In this document: in pieces, positions 1 through 15,924 of the stretch
How positions within the stretch are numbered: the stretch's first letter is position 1
How the letters are laid out: each line of letters starts with the position of its first letter
Origin: Eledone cirrhosa
Lineage: Eukaryota
Assembly (NCBI GenBank): GCA_964016885.1
Contig: OZ024743.1
Coordinates: 329,096,001-329,160,000 of the forward strand
Length of the DNA stretch: 64,000 nucleotides
Reading direction: 5' to 3'
The notes under the pieces: generated by a model
Databases searched by the model: none
Seen by the model: only the letters and a program-made list of their open reading frames with translations
Told to the model about the DNA's origin: nothing
Program-made: the position numbers and the translations under genes

Positions 1-254
1 ATGTCACTACGACACCATTACGACACCAAAAAGAGTTACGGCTACATACACATCTCTTTCCTTAAATTAACGATAGAGGGTAACCTGAGGGATATCTCAC
101 CGCTATTTCTAGCACGTTAAACGACCACTTTAGTTCGGTATAGTGATGGTGGTGGTGATTGTGGATGGTATGGTATCAATGGTTGATGAGCCAACCAGGT
201 AGGGGTTTCAATTCCCAATCGAATGATTTCACTCGCTTTAAACACTCTGTATTA

Positions 255-410
255 ATGGCGAGTTGATTGGCAGAATCAGTTGAGTGTCTGATTTGCGGCA
301 TAGAGTTACGTCCCTTTACGTTAAGAGTTCAAATCCTGCCAAGGTTAGCTTTAACTTTCGATAAAAAAAAATACCAGTGGTCGATAAAGTACCAGTAACA
401 CACTGGAGTC
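255..410 (+). mobile_element. tRNA-derived SINE, family A (Meta-domain-like), degraded copy
   Basis: GGCGAGTTGATTGGCAGAATCAGTTGAG head, GAGTTCAAATCC B-box and GTCGATAAAGTACCAG core match the better copies at 19720-20108 and 49049-49237. Confidence 0.65.
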
Positions 411-627
411 GATTTAATATCTTCCTCTCCCCACCAAATTGTTGGGTCTGTACCTAAACCCGACACCATTAATGGATGTGTTGTACGTATAACCATATAT
501 TAAGTTGTATGGTTATACATACGTCAGGTCGCCCTCGAGAACTTCTGGTAACATATGACACAGTATTTGTTGCATGGTCAGGTTGTTAGCAACTAAACCG
601 GTAATATAAACATAGTCAAACGTTCAG

Positions 628-696
<69 letters not shown>

Positions 697-699
<3 letters not shown>

Positions 700-951
700 A
701 AAGGAAAAAAGATGAAATCGAAAATGCAACTGGAGTTTTTTTAAGAATATTTATTTGGTTCCTTCTCGCATCTGCGAGAAAAACCACAAACCCTCCATCT
801 CAATTCTACTTTTGAAAAGCATAAGAACTGTGAAACCAGTAAAGGAACCAAATAAATATTCTCCAGCTGCATTTTCAATTTCATCTTTTTTCCTTATACT
901 TTCACTCGTGTAGGACATCTCGTATTTTTTTCACTCTGGGAAAAAACCCTC

Positions 952-960
<9 letters not shown>
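697..960 (+). mobile_element. Penelope-type pseudo-LTR fragment with inverted 5' duplication, between CA and TA microsatellites
   Basis: 699-764 is an imperfect reverse complement of 842-895; homologous to 3560-3698 and 34005-34221; contains a hammerhead fold. Confidence 0.65.
809..844 (+). ncRNA. Type I hammerhead ribozyme, U3-A8 core variant
   Basis: CTT-TTGAAAA-GCA..TGT-GAAA-CCAG-TA-AAG; cleaner copy at 34050-34085. Confidence 0.55.
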
Positions 961-993
<33 letters not shown>

Positions 994-1210
994 CAAAATA
1001 TAACGCTGTGGTTACATAAATCGTTTAATCATAATAATTATTTCCACGGCCACGGTTCTCCATGCAATCGAGCAGTCCTTCATGCATTTGATGTTGTTAT
1101 GATGAAACCCGATTTGTTGATATGCCGCCGGCAGGAAAAGACACAAGTCCTTTAGCTCGTGTGCCCAGCATATATATATATATATATTATTATTATTATT
1201 ATACATCTTG

Positions 1211-1242
<32 letters not shown>

Positions 1243-1246
<4 letters not shown>

Positions 1247-1325
1247 TCACGGGCTGGTTCAATCGGGGGGTAACCACAGTAAGTAAGGTACAAAATTTAA
1301 TGTAGAAGCCATTTCTATATTAATT
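1243..1325. mobile_element. Internally deleted copy of the palindromic double-hammerhead element
   Basis: GGTAACCACAGTAAGTAAGGTAC...ATTTAATGTAGAAGCCATTTCTATATTA matches both flanks of 60679-60866 with the hairpin core missing. Confidence 0.55.
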
Positions 1326-1355
1326 TCTATATATATATATAGAGAGAGAGAGAGA

Positions 1356-1509
1356 GGAAAATGTTCAGCCCCGACGGCAGAGCTCAAGCCGTTTCGACGG
1401 CTATTTCTGGACCGTCGGGTTGAACATTTTCCTATTACCCATTCTATTACCCTAGTATTGAGTACTCTAGTGCGTTATGGTCCACCTGGTTCCTTACCAA
1501 TCTTCCTTC

Positions 1510-1515
<6 letters not shown>
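1356..1515 (+). mobile_element. Penelope-type pseudo-LTR piece with short inverted 5' duplication
   Basis: GAAAATGTTCAGCCCCGACGG / CCGTCGGGTTGAACATTTTC inverted pair; body homologous to 63288-63422; microsatellite flanks. Confidence 0.55.
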
Positions 1516-1562
<47 letters not shown>

Positions 1563-1630
1563 AAACAAATGTTCGCCGCTCTACATGGCCGAATATAATA
1601 AATGTAATCTGAGTGTTTCGAATATTAATA

Positions 1631-1808
1631 ATTGTTTCTACTTTTGGCACAAGGCCAGCAATAACCCAGTACATTACTGGTACTTTATTTTATCGACCCC
1701 ATCAGGATGAAAGGCAAAGTTAATCTCGACGGGATTTGAACTCATACCGTAAAGGGACGTAACTATGCTAGAAAGCATGGCTTCCAGCCCTCTACCGATA
1801 CCGCCAAA
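1631..1808 (-). mobile_element. tRNA-derived SINE, family A
   Basis: Reverse complement reads GGCGGTATCGGTAGAGGG...GAGTTCAAATCCC...GCCTTTCATCC...GTCGATAAAATAAAGTACCAG...AGAAACAATTA. Confidence 0.8.
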
Positions 1809-2099
1809 TAATATTCGATTCGTTTGCAATCATGCAAACAAGCCACATTTTTAAAGCCATGTCTGTAGAATGAGCCCCTCATTCTTGCTCTTGTGTTGCC
1901 ATGTAAACAGAACTGCAGACAGTGACCATCCAGTCCTCTAGCTCTTTAGACCCACCCCACCCCCTTCCCAGTTCATTTACCCAAAAGTAAAAATATAACT
2001 ATGTTATTATTTACTTCCTTGTTATGTCTGATTCAGAAGAACCATTGTTAAAGGCTCTCCAACTGTGACCAGCTAGTCTTATTGCCTGGTATTGGGTAT

Positions 2100-3261
2100 G
2101 TGTCGGCGTGTGAGTATATAACTGTTTGTCTGTAAGTGTACACATATGACTGTATGGGAGTGTGTTCTTATATGACTGTGCCTATGTGTGTGTGACACTG
2201 CGTAGATATATGCGTGTGTGTGTGCTTGCGCCACCGAGTGTGTGTAGATGAATATCTGGGACTGTGTGTAGATAAGTATATATATGTATGTGGCTCTCTG
2301 TAAGTATGTAGGCGTGTGAGCGTGTGTATGAATGTGTATGTATCTATGTGTGTGTGTGTGAGTATGTATGTAAGTATGTATGTAAGTGTGTATGTATCTA
2401 TGTATGTATATGCATGTATGTGCGTATATGAGTATGTATGCATGTATGTGTGTGTAAGTATATATGTAAGTATGTATGTATCTATGTATGTATCTATGTA
2501 TGTATGCATGTATGTGCGTATATGAGCATGTATACATGTGTGTGTGTGTGAGTATATATGTAAGTATATATGTATGTATCTATCTATGTATGTATGTATG
2601 TAAGTATGTATGTATGTAAGTATCTATGTATGTATATGCATGTATGTGCGTATATGAGTATGTATGCATGTATGTGTGTGTAAGTATATATGTAAGTATG
2701 TATATATGTATCTATCTATGTATGTATGCATGTATGTGCATATATGAGTGTGTATGCATGTATGTGTGTCCGAGTATATATGTAAGTATATATGTATGTA
2801 TCTATCTATGTATGTATGTATGTAAGTATGTATGTATCTATGTATGTATATGCATGTATGTGCGTATATGAGCATGTATGCATGTATGTGTGTGTAAGTA
2901 TATATGTAAGTATGTATATATGTATATATGTATCTATCTATGTATGTATGCATGTATGTGCATATATGAGTGTGTATGCATGTATGTGTGTGTGAGTATG
3001 TATGTATGTATGTATGTATGTATGTATGTATGTATGTATGTATGTATGTATGTACGTACGTACGTATGTATGTATGTATCTATCTATGTATATATGCACG
3101 TATGTGCGTATATGAGTATGTATGCATGTATGTGTGTGTGTGAGTATGTATGTATGTATGTATGTATGTATGTATGTATGTATGTATGTATGTATGTATG
3201 TATGTATGTATGTATGCATGTATGTATCTATATATGTATGTATATATGTATGTATGTATGT
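2100..3261. repeat. Complex (TATG)n/(TG)n microsatellite with higher-order repetition
   Basis: Blocks such as GCATGTATGTGCGTATATGAGTATG recur; pure (TATG)n near 2997-3260. Confidence 0.95.
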
Positions 3262-3591
3262 AGCAGCAGTGAAGTTGTCTATTTAGATTTGGTGACATTT
3301 AGTAACATTTAGTAACATTTAGTGGAGTCCAGATAACATTTCACCATTGTCAACTTGTGTTGTTTAGTCATGTTTTTAAATAAAACATCTGAACACTAAA
3401 ATATTTTTCACATTATTTTAATAAATGTGACAGATTCTTTCTGATGTCTCTGTAAAAGTGTACGCAGTCTTTCAACATCGGGTCGGAGAGCTGACGTATA
3501 CACCTACCTATGTACGTACATAACGTATGTGTCTGTGTGTATATATATTTATATATATACGAAAAAAAACACAATCTCCATCTCAATTCTA

Positions 3592-3627
3592 CTTTTGAAA
3601 AGCACAAGAACTGCGAAACCAGTAAAG
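3592..3627 (+). ncRNA. Type I hammerhead ribozyme, U3-A8 core variant (copy 2)
   Basis: CTT-TTGAAAA-GCA..TGC-GAAA-CCAG-TA-AAG inside pseudo-LTR piece 3560-3698. Confidence 0.55.
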
Positions 3628-3693
3628 GAACAACCAAATAAATATATTTTTTTTTAAAAAGACTCCAGTTGCATTTTCGATTTCATCTTTTTT

Positions 3694-3754
<61 letters not shown>

Positions 3755-3783
3755 AAAGAATAGAGGTGTAACACACAAGTTAT

Positions 3784-4127
3784 TATATATTGGTAAACGG
3801 AATAGAAAATGCTGACAAATTGTTCACAGTTGAAAAATGGTTTAATTAGGAATAAAAGAGTATTAGTGATTGTATGGGTTAGTATTCAGTTGTGGTTTTA
3901 AGTTTTTAAGTTTTTACCGGTTGCGCATTTCTAAATGCTTTTCAAAAATAATTTTGAGATAGAGTGTCCGTGCTGTTTGCTCTGATCTGCAAAGTAAAAA
4001 CTTAAAAACTTAAAACCACAACTGAATACTAACCCATACAATCACTAATACTCTTTTATTCCTAATTAAACCATTTTTCAACTGTGAACAATTTGTCAGC
4101 ATTTTCTATTCCGTTTACCAATATATA
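3784..4127. repeat. Inverted repeat: 134-bp arms (3784-3917, 3994-4127) with 76-bp spacer; MITE or inverted Penelope end
   Basis: Arms read as exact reverse complements; the right arm runs into (TA)n. Confidence 0.9.
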
Positions 4128-4142
4128 TATATATATATATAT

Positions 4143-4296
4143 AGTAATAATAATAAATGTGAAGACTAAAATCCAAAGAGGGCTCGATAAGGATAAATAT
4201 ATATCAAATATATAAAAACCCTAGAGCAAATATTTATTAATTCAGAAGATCCCGTAAGGGTGAAAGCATCGATTCTTTGCCTAAACTTTCATCTGT
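4143..4296. mobile_element. Inverted Penelope pseudo-LTR piece of the CAGAAGA-hammerhead family
   Basis: 4143-4240 is the reverse complement of ~36550-36645; 4241-4296 matches 36489-36545; other pieces at 6176-6230 and 35091-35180. Confidence 0.7.
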
Positions 4297-4324
4297 ATAT
4301 ATATATATATATATATATATTTAT

Positions 4325-4990
4325 AATCCAATAGGCGGAAAAGATCATTATACAGCTGAACGAGGATACATTTGAATTAATCCACTTTGGAAAAGAGGAT
4401 GTACTGAAACTCTCATATTCCCTTCCTTCAGGTGAAACTCTAGTGGCATCCAACAACATCAGAGACTTGTGAGTAATTGTGGACAACAACATAAGCAGAG
4501 CCACTCATATAAACAGCAAAGTTGACATGGCCCGCAGAATGTGTTCCTTGATTCTCAGAACCTTCCAGCCGAGAGATATCCACACTGTTATCCTTCTCTT
4601 CCCCACTTTTTCCCGACCCCACCTTGAATACTGTTATCCACTGTGGTCTCCCCACACGAAACAAAGTATTATGAAAATTGAAGCACCTCAAAGGTCAATC
4701 ACAAAAAAAGATAGATGGCATGACAGGCCTTGACTATTGGTGTCGACCAGAAAAAACTCAAACTTTATTCTCTCCAACACCACCGTGAACGCTACATTAT
4801 CTGCAGCATGTGGAAAATATTCCATCAACATTGCCCAAATGATGTTGGCCTCATCTTGAAAGTACACCCAAGGCTAGGGTCCCGTGCTATCCGCTCACGA
4901 CAAAAATCTCACTCACATTTCATAACAACATTATGGCACAGTTATTTCACCTCAAATGGTCCCGCTCTCTTTAACATTACACCAAAACAG
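4325..4990 (+). pseudogene. CR1/L2-group LINE RT C-terminal fragment, frameshifted
   Basis: NIRDLxVIVD, SRPHLEYCxPLWSP, LYSLQHHRER motifs; same family as 6570-7800. Confidence 0.85.
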
Positions 4991-5505
4991 AATTTGTTTT
5001 ACAACCCTACTGTTGCCAATCCCATAGAATTTGTCTCTAGCTTACAACCCCACCCCTTCGCCACTCCCATCTGAATCTTGACCAGTCCACTAACGCAATT
5101 GAGATACACACATATTTACAGAATATTTCCTTTGTCCCTAAAAACAATTTTTGTTCTATGTGAAGAAATACAACTACCACCTCTTTCTCTATACACAACA
5201 ATTCATTTTCCAGTCTCCTTCTCAACAAGGAAGATGAAAAAACTTCCCTCAACACTTAATCTTAAATCTTTAATTTTTAGTTTTTAATCCTTATTAATTC
5301 TTTTTAATTGTAATACTCAACATTTGATAAGAATTTTACTAATACATCGAAATCGGTAATACTTTATATACTTTATAAAACTCATTTTTTATAAGAATTG
5401 TTTCTCTCATTTTTTCAATAATGCCACTTTGACGAATCAAAGAAAGGAAAAAAAAGAAAAACAGATCCTTAAATATATTTTCAGTGCTATTTCCAATTTT
5501 ACCTT

Positions 5506-6152
<647 letters not shown>

Positions 6153-6367
6153 ATATATATATATATATATATATAAGGGTGAAAGCACCGATTCTTTGCT
6201 TAAACTTTAATCTGTTATTTTAATAAATATGTATGTATAAGCATGTCCATTACGAACAATTGTTCCCAGTATGGTGAACTAACTGTCGTGTAACCACTTC
6301 TACCTAACTCGTCCCATGGACTGAGTGCTCTACCACTACGGATATTACCTTCCAGTGTTCTACCCCC

Positions 6368-6402
<35 letters not shown>

Positions 6403-6569
6403 CTGAAGTAAAATTAGTGGAAATATCCAAGAGTAAGAACATCAGTCCATAGGACGAGTTTAGTATAAATAATTTAGTATAAATAATTACAACAGTGACA
6501 TAAACAGGTACTCAAGTTTCGTTGGGTTCTGGTCCCCAATTTCTTCAAATTGTACTTATTCATATATAT

Positions 6570-7800
6570 ATAGCTTTAACTTTGATAACTTTGATAGGTT
6601 TCGGCCAGTATTGGCCCAGGTCATGTCTAACTTAATAGCACCACCTGGCGATTTAGAAACCGTGACCCACTCAAGTAGAGAGTTATTGTTTCCGAACTCA
6701 AGTAGAGAGTTATTGTTTCCGAAGGCATATCCGGGTGTAGGAGGTTTATCCGGGATTTCTTGAAGGAATTTGTCCAAAGACTTCTTGAACTTAATGGGGT
6801 CTGTTTCTGTTTTAATGTGTTTTGGTGTTTTGTTAAAGAGGGCGGGGCCAATTGAGGTGAAATAATTGTGCCGTATTGTTGTTATGAGATGCGAGTGAGA
6901 TTTTTGTCGTGGGCGGATAGCACGGGGCCCAAGCCTTGGGTGTACATTAAAGGTGATGCCAACATCATTTGGGCAAAGCTGATGGAATACTTTCCACATC
7001 ATGCAGATAATGTAGCGCTCACGGCGACGTTGGAGAGAATAAAGGTTATAGTCAAGGCCTGTTATGCCAGCTATCTTTTTTGTAATTGATCTTTTGGGTG
7101 CTTCAACTTTCATGATACTTTGTTTCGTGTGGGGAGACCACGGTGGACAACAGTATTCAAGGTGGGGTCGGGAAAAAGTGGGGAAGAGAAGGATAACAGT
7201 GTGGATATCTCTCGGCTGGAAGGTTCTGAGAATCCAGGAACACATTCTGCGGCCCATGTCAACTTTGCTGTTTATATGAGTGGCCCTGCTTATGTTGTTG
7301 TCCACAATTATTCCCAGGTCTCTGATGTTGTTGGATGCTACGATAGTTTCACCCGAAGGAAGAGAGTATGGGAGTTTCAGAGCATCCTTTTTTCCAAAGT
7401 GGATTAACTCGAACTTATCCTCATTCAACAGCATATTGTTATTTTCCGCCCATTGGATAACAGGCAGTAGGTCTGACTGAAGGCAAGTCCGGTCACCCAC
7501 CTCATTGATGACTTGGAATCATCTGCGAAGATTCTTATGTTGCTGTGCTTGATGATGTCAGTAATGTCATTAATGTAAATGATGAAAAAAAGTGGGCCCA
7601 ACACAGTGCCTTGTGGGACACCACTACTGACTTTGGCTGGGCTGGATTTTACTCATTCGATTACATTTTGACAGGAAACATTTGATCCACTGCAGCAACT
7701 TTCCAGCAACACCAATGTTGGATAGTTTTCTCAGTAGAATCTTGTCATCAAAGGCCTTGCTGAAATCAAGGTAGATGACATCAGTGTTGGAGCCCTCTCC
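6570..7800 (-). pseudogene. 5'-truncated CR1/L2-group LINE (RT domain to 3' end)
   Basis: Minus strand encodes YLDFSKAF, VPQGTVLGPLFFIIYIND, IFADDSK, RPHLEYCCPPWSP; short (ATCAAAGTT) tandem tail; frameshift near 7500. Confidence 0.9.
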
Positions 7801-7881
7801 CTCTATATATATCTAATGTCAAATATATGATAGGTTCAAAATAGCATAGCACAGGAAAATGGAAAAAAAAACAAAAACAAA

Positions 7882-7938
<57 letters not shown>

Positions 7939-7977
7939 CATATATATAGATTTACATACATATACACACATATATGC

Positions 7978-10565
7978 CTCGACCGAGATTTCCCCAAGGC
8001 CTACCTCCACATCTCCTCCACTTGCCACCCTTTCCTCACCCAATCCCTTATCCAATTCATCCTTTACCTCAATCGCCTCCTTTTCAATTTCCTCACTTCC
8101 GCAAAAAACCATAAACTCGACTCTTTCCACTCCCGGCCTGCCGTCACCACCCATAATCATATCACCTCCAACCCTAACCCCTCTATCCCGTCACCTACCA
8201 TTGTATTTGCACACGCTTTGCTCAACCACCTTGACCCCTCCGCTTCCGCTTCTTTCACACCTTCACGTCCCTGCACTGTAGTCACCATACCCCAGGACCT
8301 ACCACTCTCCGAAGCTGAGCGCTCCCTCCTCGCCCGTGGTTTGCGTTTTATACCAACCACATCTACCTGCGACGAGTTCCGCACACGTGCTGAGATTGAA
8401 GGGTTCTTCTGTCAATTAAAGCTGAAAGCTTTTTTTCACGACACGCCATCATCAACACAGACGGATGACTTCACTCGTCTCAGTCGCCGGCAATCACATT
8501 GGACGCCGAGCTCTGGCCAGTTCAGCACCCTCGACTCCTTTGTCGATACTTGCCGGCGTACTGTGAATCGGTTCCGTTTCCACCAGCATTCTCGCCGCTC
8601 TAACATCACGCGAACTGAGCTCTCTGCTCTTCGCAACCTTCGGAGTCGTGATGACATTGTCATCAAACCCGCTGACAAAGGTGGCGCTGTGGTGGTTTGG
8701 AGCGCTCACCTCTATACGGCTGAGGCTCTCCGACAGCTTCACAATAACCTTTTTTACCGCCCTTTATCCTCCGACTCCACTCCTGGCTACCAACAACTCG
8801 TGTCCTCCCCCATCCACGAGCTCATCTCCTCCTCTCACCTACCCCTACAGCCATCAACCTTATTGTACGCACCCCTCGCACACCCACCATCTACTTCCTC
8901 CCAAAAATACACAAACAAAATAATCTTGGCCGTCATATCGTTTCTGCGCGCAACTGCCCCACCGAGATAATTTCTGAATATTTAGACACCATCCTCGCCC
9001 CGTTGGTCGGCAATCTCCCTTCCCACATCCACGATAGAAATCATGCCCTTAGACTCTTCAACTCTTTCTCCTGGTCCCTCCTGCATTCTCTTTACCCTGG
9101 ACATCACTTCTCTCTATACCGTCATCCCTTATGATGACGATCTCCGCGCTCTCCAGCATTTTTAGATTTACGGCCTACCCCTTACCCCAGCACTACCACT
9201 CTTCTCCGTCTGGCTGAGTTTGTTCTCACCCTTGATGGATTTTCTTTTTCGGGTGAATTTTACCAGCAGGACTCTGGGGGTAGCGATGGGAACCAGAATG
9301 GGTCCAAACTATGTCAACTTGTTTGTTGGCTACGTCGAAGCCCAGATCTTCTCCCATTACGCTGGACCGACTCCTGAGTTATACGGTCGTTATATCGACG
9401 ACTGTATCGGCGCCACCTCTCTATCACGAGAACAGCTCGACTGTTTTCTTTCTTTTGTCCAATCTTTCCATCCTGCCACCGCCTCCGTCTCCGATTCTTC
9501 TGTCGCTTTTCTAGATATTTCTCTATCTATTAATCACTCTCACCACACCCTCTCTACTTCCATCTTCATTAAACCAACAGACTCCCAATCTTATCTCGAC
9601 TTCACCTCCTCCCATCCAACCCACACCAAACACTCCATAGCCTATTCCCAATTCCTCCGTCTTCGTCGACTTTGTAACCAGGACGACGATTTCGAAACCC
9701 ATTCCCTTCGCATGGCTTCCTGCTTCATCCAGCGTGGATATCCCCCCACCTTGATCCAAGCTGCTCTCACCCGAGCCCGTGAAAAAGACCGCACCACAGC
9801 CCTCTCACCTCACCCCACCCTACCAACACCCGTGTTCCTTTCCCTCTCACCTACCATCCCAGCACCCTACCACTCCGGCGACATATCCTCCGTTCCTTCC
9901 GTATCTTCTCTTCTGACCCCGTCACTTCTCGCTTTTTTCCAAACCCACCCATTACTGCTTTTAAGCGCGCCCGAAACCTCCACGACCTCCTGGTTCGTAG
10001 TTCTTTTTCGTCCTCTCCCACGACTAAACCCGGCTCTCATCCTTGTTCCCGTTCCCGCTGCAACACTTGTCCCTTTATTTCCACCCTCACCGCTCTTACA
10101 GGCCCTAACGGGTCTTTCCGTATCCGCCATTCCTTTACCTTCACATCCACCAACGTTGTCTATGCCCTCCGGTGTTCCCTTTGCGGGTCTTTATATATCG
10201 GACAAACGGAACGCTGTACGGCGGAGCGGTTTGCCGAACATTTGAGGGACATACGACTCGGTTTGGATACTCCTGTCGCCCGTCATTTCTGTTCTACTGG
10301 TCATTCTTCCCTACATGTTTCAGTCCTGGGTGTCCTTTTACATCATGGATCACAGGCCTCGCGCACCAGGGCTGAACAAAGTCTGATTCCCCGTCTTGGG
10401 TACTATTCCCCTCTTGGACTCAACTCACCTCCCCAATTTCTCTATTACTAGACCCCTAAATTCCTATCGCCTTCTCTTTGCTCATAGCTTCGTACTTACA
10501 TGCACACACCCGCTTTTACTCACATATAAACACATATCTCTTCTTAGCTTCGTACGGACCTATAA

Positions 10566-10647
<82 letters not shown>

Positions 10648-10982
10648 TCATGTATAGCTCTTTTTACAAAACGTTTTTTTTTCCCTTTTCAGGTAGACGC
10701 GCGTCATCCACTTTTCTAAAAAATAAATCATACACAAAACGCCAGCACCAACAGTTTTGCAAGAGATGTGAATATAAATGGACCTATTATTTTCATCTAA
10801 AGACCTTTTTTCCAATTCCATCCCGCCCGTCCCCTTAATCTATTTTATTTTTAATTCTTTCTTCTGATGAAGGACTAGTGTCCGAAACGTTAATACACTC
10901 TTCCTGATATATCAAGTGTTAACTTAATATATACCTTCCATATACTGTACCGATTGTGTTGTTATTTTTGTTTACCTTTTAC
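7978..10982 (+). mobile_element. Penelope-like retroelement (Neptune-type), near full length, frameshifted RT + GIY-YIG
   Basis: IKPADKGGAVVV; GVAMGTRMGPNYxNL; RYIDD; CSRSRCNTC linker (~10043); CSLCGSLYIGQT (~10173); coding ends 10451; 3' region has (CA)n and a hammerhead. Confidence 0.92.
10861..10893 (+). ncRNA. Minimal hammerhead ribozyme in Penelope 3' pseudo-LTR
   Basis: CTGATGA-A-GGAC-tagt-GTCC-GAA-ACGT-T; related degraded copy at 63471-63504. Confidence 0.8.
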
Positions 10983-10984
10983 AT

Positions 10985-11064
<80 letters not shown>

Positions 11065-11135
11065 GTATACGTATATATATACATATATATATGCATATAC
11101 AAATAGATATATATGCATATATATATATATATATA

Positions 11136-11200
<65 letters not shown>

Positions 11201-11219
11201 TATTAAAAAAATTATTATT

Positions 11220-11351
11220 ATTTCTGAAGACAGCATATATATGTGTAGGTATGTATATTCCCTCTGATAGTTTGTATAAATATTGTACATAGATCTATAG
11301 AATATGCATACCAACTCTAACACATATATATCCTAGAAACGATCGTAAAAT
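11220..11351 (+). ncRNA. Type I hammerhead with long stem II, in pseudo-LTR piece ~11200-11550
   Basis: ATTT-CTGAAGA-..ATATATATGTGT..ACACATATATAT..-GAA-ACGATCGT-A-AAAT; reverse-complement copy of the element at 28945-29259. Confidence 0.7.
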
Positions 11352-11817
11352 GATGAATTTTTTTTAATATAAGGAACTGTTTCTTTGTTTATTCATTATT
11401 TTTTTAATAATCTATCTTGACTCTGTTTTCCGTTTATTTTTCACCGAAAGTAGTTTTTGAATGCATCTTCTCTTTTCATGATATCCGGATTACATTGAGT
11501 TCTTCATACGGATTGGACACTACTGTAGACTTTTGGTAGATTTATCTACATATATATATATATATATACATACAAATATACATATACATACACGTATATA
11601 TACCTATACATATATATATATATATATATATACACATTTTAGTACAGCATTAACGAAGCTTTAGGTTGCGGCCAAGCTAACGAATGCAAATTCGGTATGT
11701 ACCTTTAGCACTCGAATGGGGATAGTACCCCAGAGTAATAACAATACGTTTAGACAGCTTAGCAAATCAAATATAGCGATCGGCAGTCTAGCTGCATTAC
11801 CACAGCATATATATATA

Positions 11818-12435
11818 TACGGGATGTTTGTTTACAAACACACCGACCATTATAATAAATGTTCGGTGAATCCATACGTACATATATATATGTGTGCATG
11901 TATGTATATATATATACATACTACTGTAGGTCTGTATACATATATGTATGTACGTGTACATACTTATATTTAAGTAACAGCCGTACTAAGAGTGGGAAAT
12001 GAAATTTCGTTTCATTTTTTCCGTTTATCGTTTTCGGTGCACCCGGCCGATTAACCCACTCGATATGCAAATTGGGCTACTCAGTCGTTAATATGCATAA
12101 GGTAAGTATATACGTTCAACAATCTGGCAGGAAGGTATACGTTGCTGACGATAGCTAATAAGCTTGAAACTAGTACAGCGTTCCTTTGTCAGTGTTGAAC
12201 AAACGAGCAACGATGGTTGCTAGACACTATGGCTTAATACGGGATGTTTGTTTACAAACACACCGAGCATTATAATAAATGTTCGGTGAATCGATACGTA
12301 CATATATATGTGTGCGTGTATGTATACACATATACATACTACTGTACGTCTGTATACATATATGTATGTACGTGTACATACTTATACTTAAGTAAAAGCC
12401 GTACGAAGAGTGGGAAATGAAATTTCATTTTTTCC

Positions 12436-12436
<1 letters not shown>
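11818..12436 (+). mobile_element. Non-coding partial tandem (~420-bp unit x 1.5) with hammerhead; retrozyme or non-autonomous Penelope-like
   Basis: 11818-12015 repeated at 12238-12436; TA flanks. Confidence 0.65.
12140..12180 (+). ncRNA. Minimal type I hammerhead ribozyme
   Basis: CGTTG-CTGACGA-T-AGCT-aata-AGCT-T-GAA-ACTAGT-A-CAGCG; GUA cleavage triplet. Confidence 0.85.
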
Positions 12437-12496
<60 letters not shown>

Positions 12497-12780
12497 TAAT
12501 ATAATTAGAAACACACAGATACATGCGGACACATACATATATACATGAATGCATCCGCACCCAACTGTGAGTTAAGGGTGCCAACTTCACCGATGTTGCT
12601 CAATGAATGACTGGGACAGACCAATTCAGTTGAACACGCCTCCGTGGTATTTTCTTCGGGGTTATAAGAGACTTAGCTCTGTTTCTCGACCGTTATATCG
12701 CGTGACTATCTCCCCCTCCGCCTTTTGGGATTCTTTCTCACGTCGTGTAGACGCGTTCTTGAGACTAGTAAAATGAGGTA

Positions 12781-12870
12781 TCCTCTTGATAAGTCGGCAG
12801 ACCTCGCAAGGACTCTATATCCTTATGATATATTGTTTTTGTTTATGCCACGAAACTACGTAGTCGAGGA
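12781..12870 (+). ncRNA. Type I hammerhead ribozyme, U3-A8 core variant (second, unrelated family)
   Basis: TCCTC-TTGATAA-GTcGGCA...TGCCAC-GAA-ACTACGTAGT-C-GAGGA; 5-bp stem I, palindromic stem III, GUC triplet. Confidence 0.75.
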
Positions 12871-12939
12871 ATTTAGGAGCAGTTTAGGTATGATACATTT
12901 TATTACTAATTATATCTAAATGTTTCTTCTCTCTTCATA

Positions 12940-15676
<2,737 letters not shown>

Positions 15677-15884
15677 GTTATATTTGGGGAGGGTCATATT
15701 TGCGTAATATTGCCAGAATTAATAACAGAACACACTCACTGTTTGGTTGGTTTTCGCTTCTCGCTGTCTTTTATATATATATATCTGCGATCTAACTTAC
15801 TCGGTCCTCAATGTTGCCATTGACTGACCGGCGGTCAAAAATAATACAGATACAATATAGACAAACACATATATATATAGTTTA

Positions 15885-15924
15885 CATAAATCTTTCGTTG
15901 CACATCTGCAACATCGTCAGTGGT
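15885..15924 (-). ncRNA. Hammerhead core in Penelope 3' region
   Basis: CTGACGA-T-GTTGCA-gatg-TGCAAC-GAAA; stems I and III are weak. Confidence 0.6.

Noticed and set aside
6505-6552. Additional hammerhead on the minus strand (TTGAAGA..GAAAC)
   Set aside because: Stem I does not pair and the 3-8 pair is uncompensated; probably decayed, not counted.
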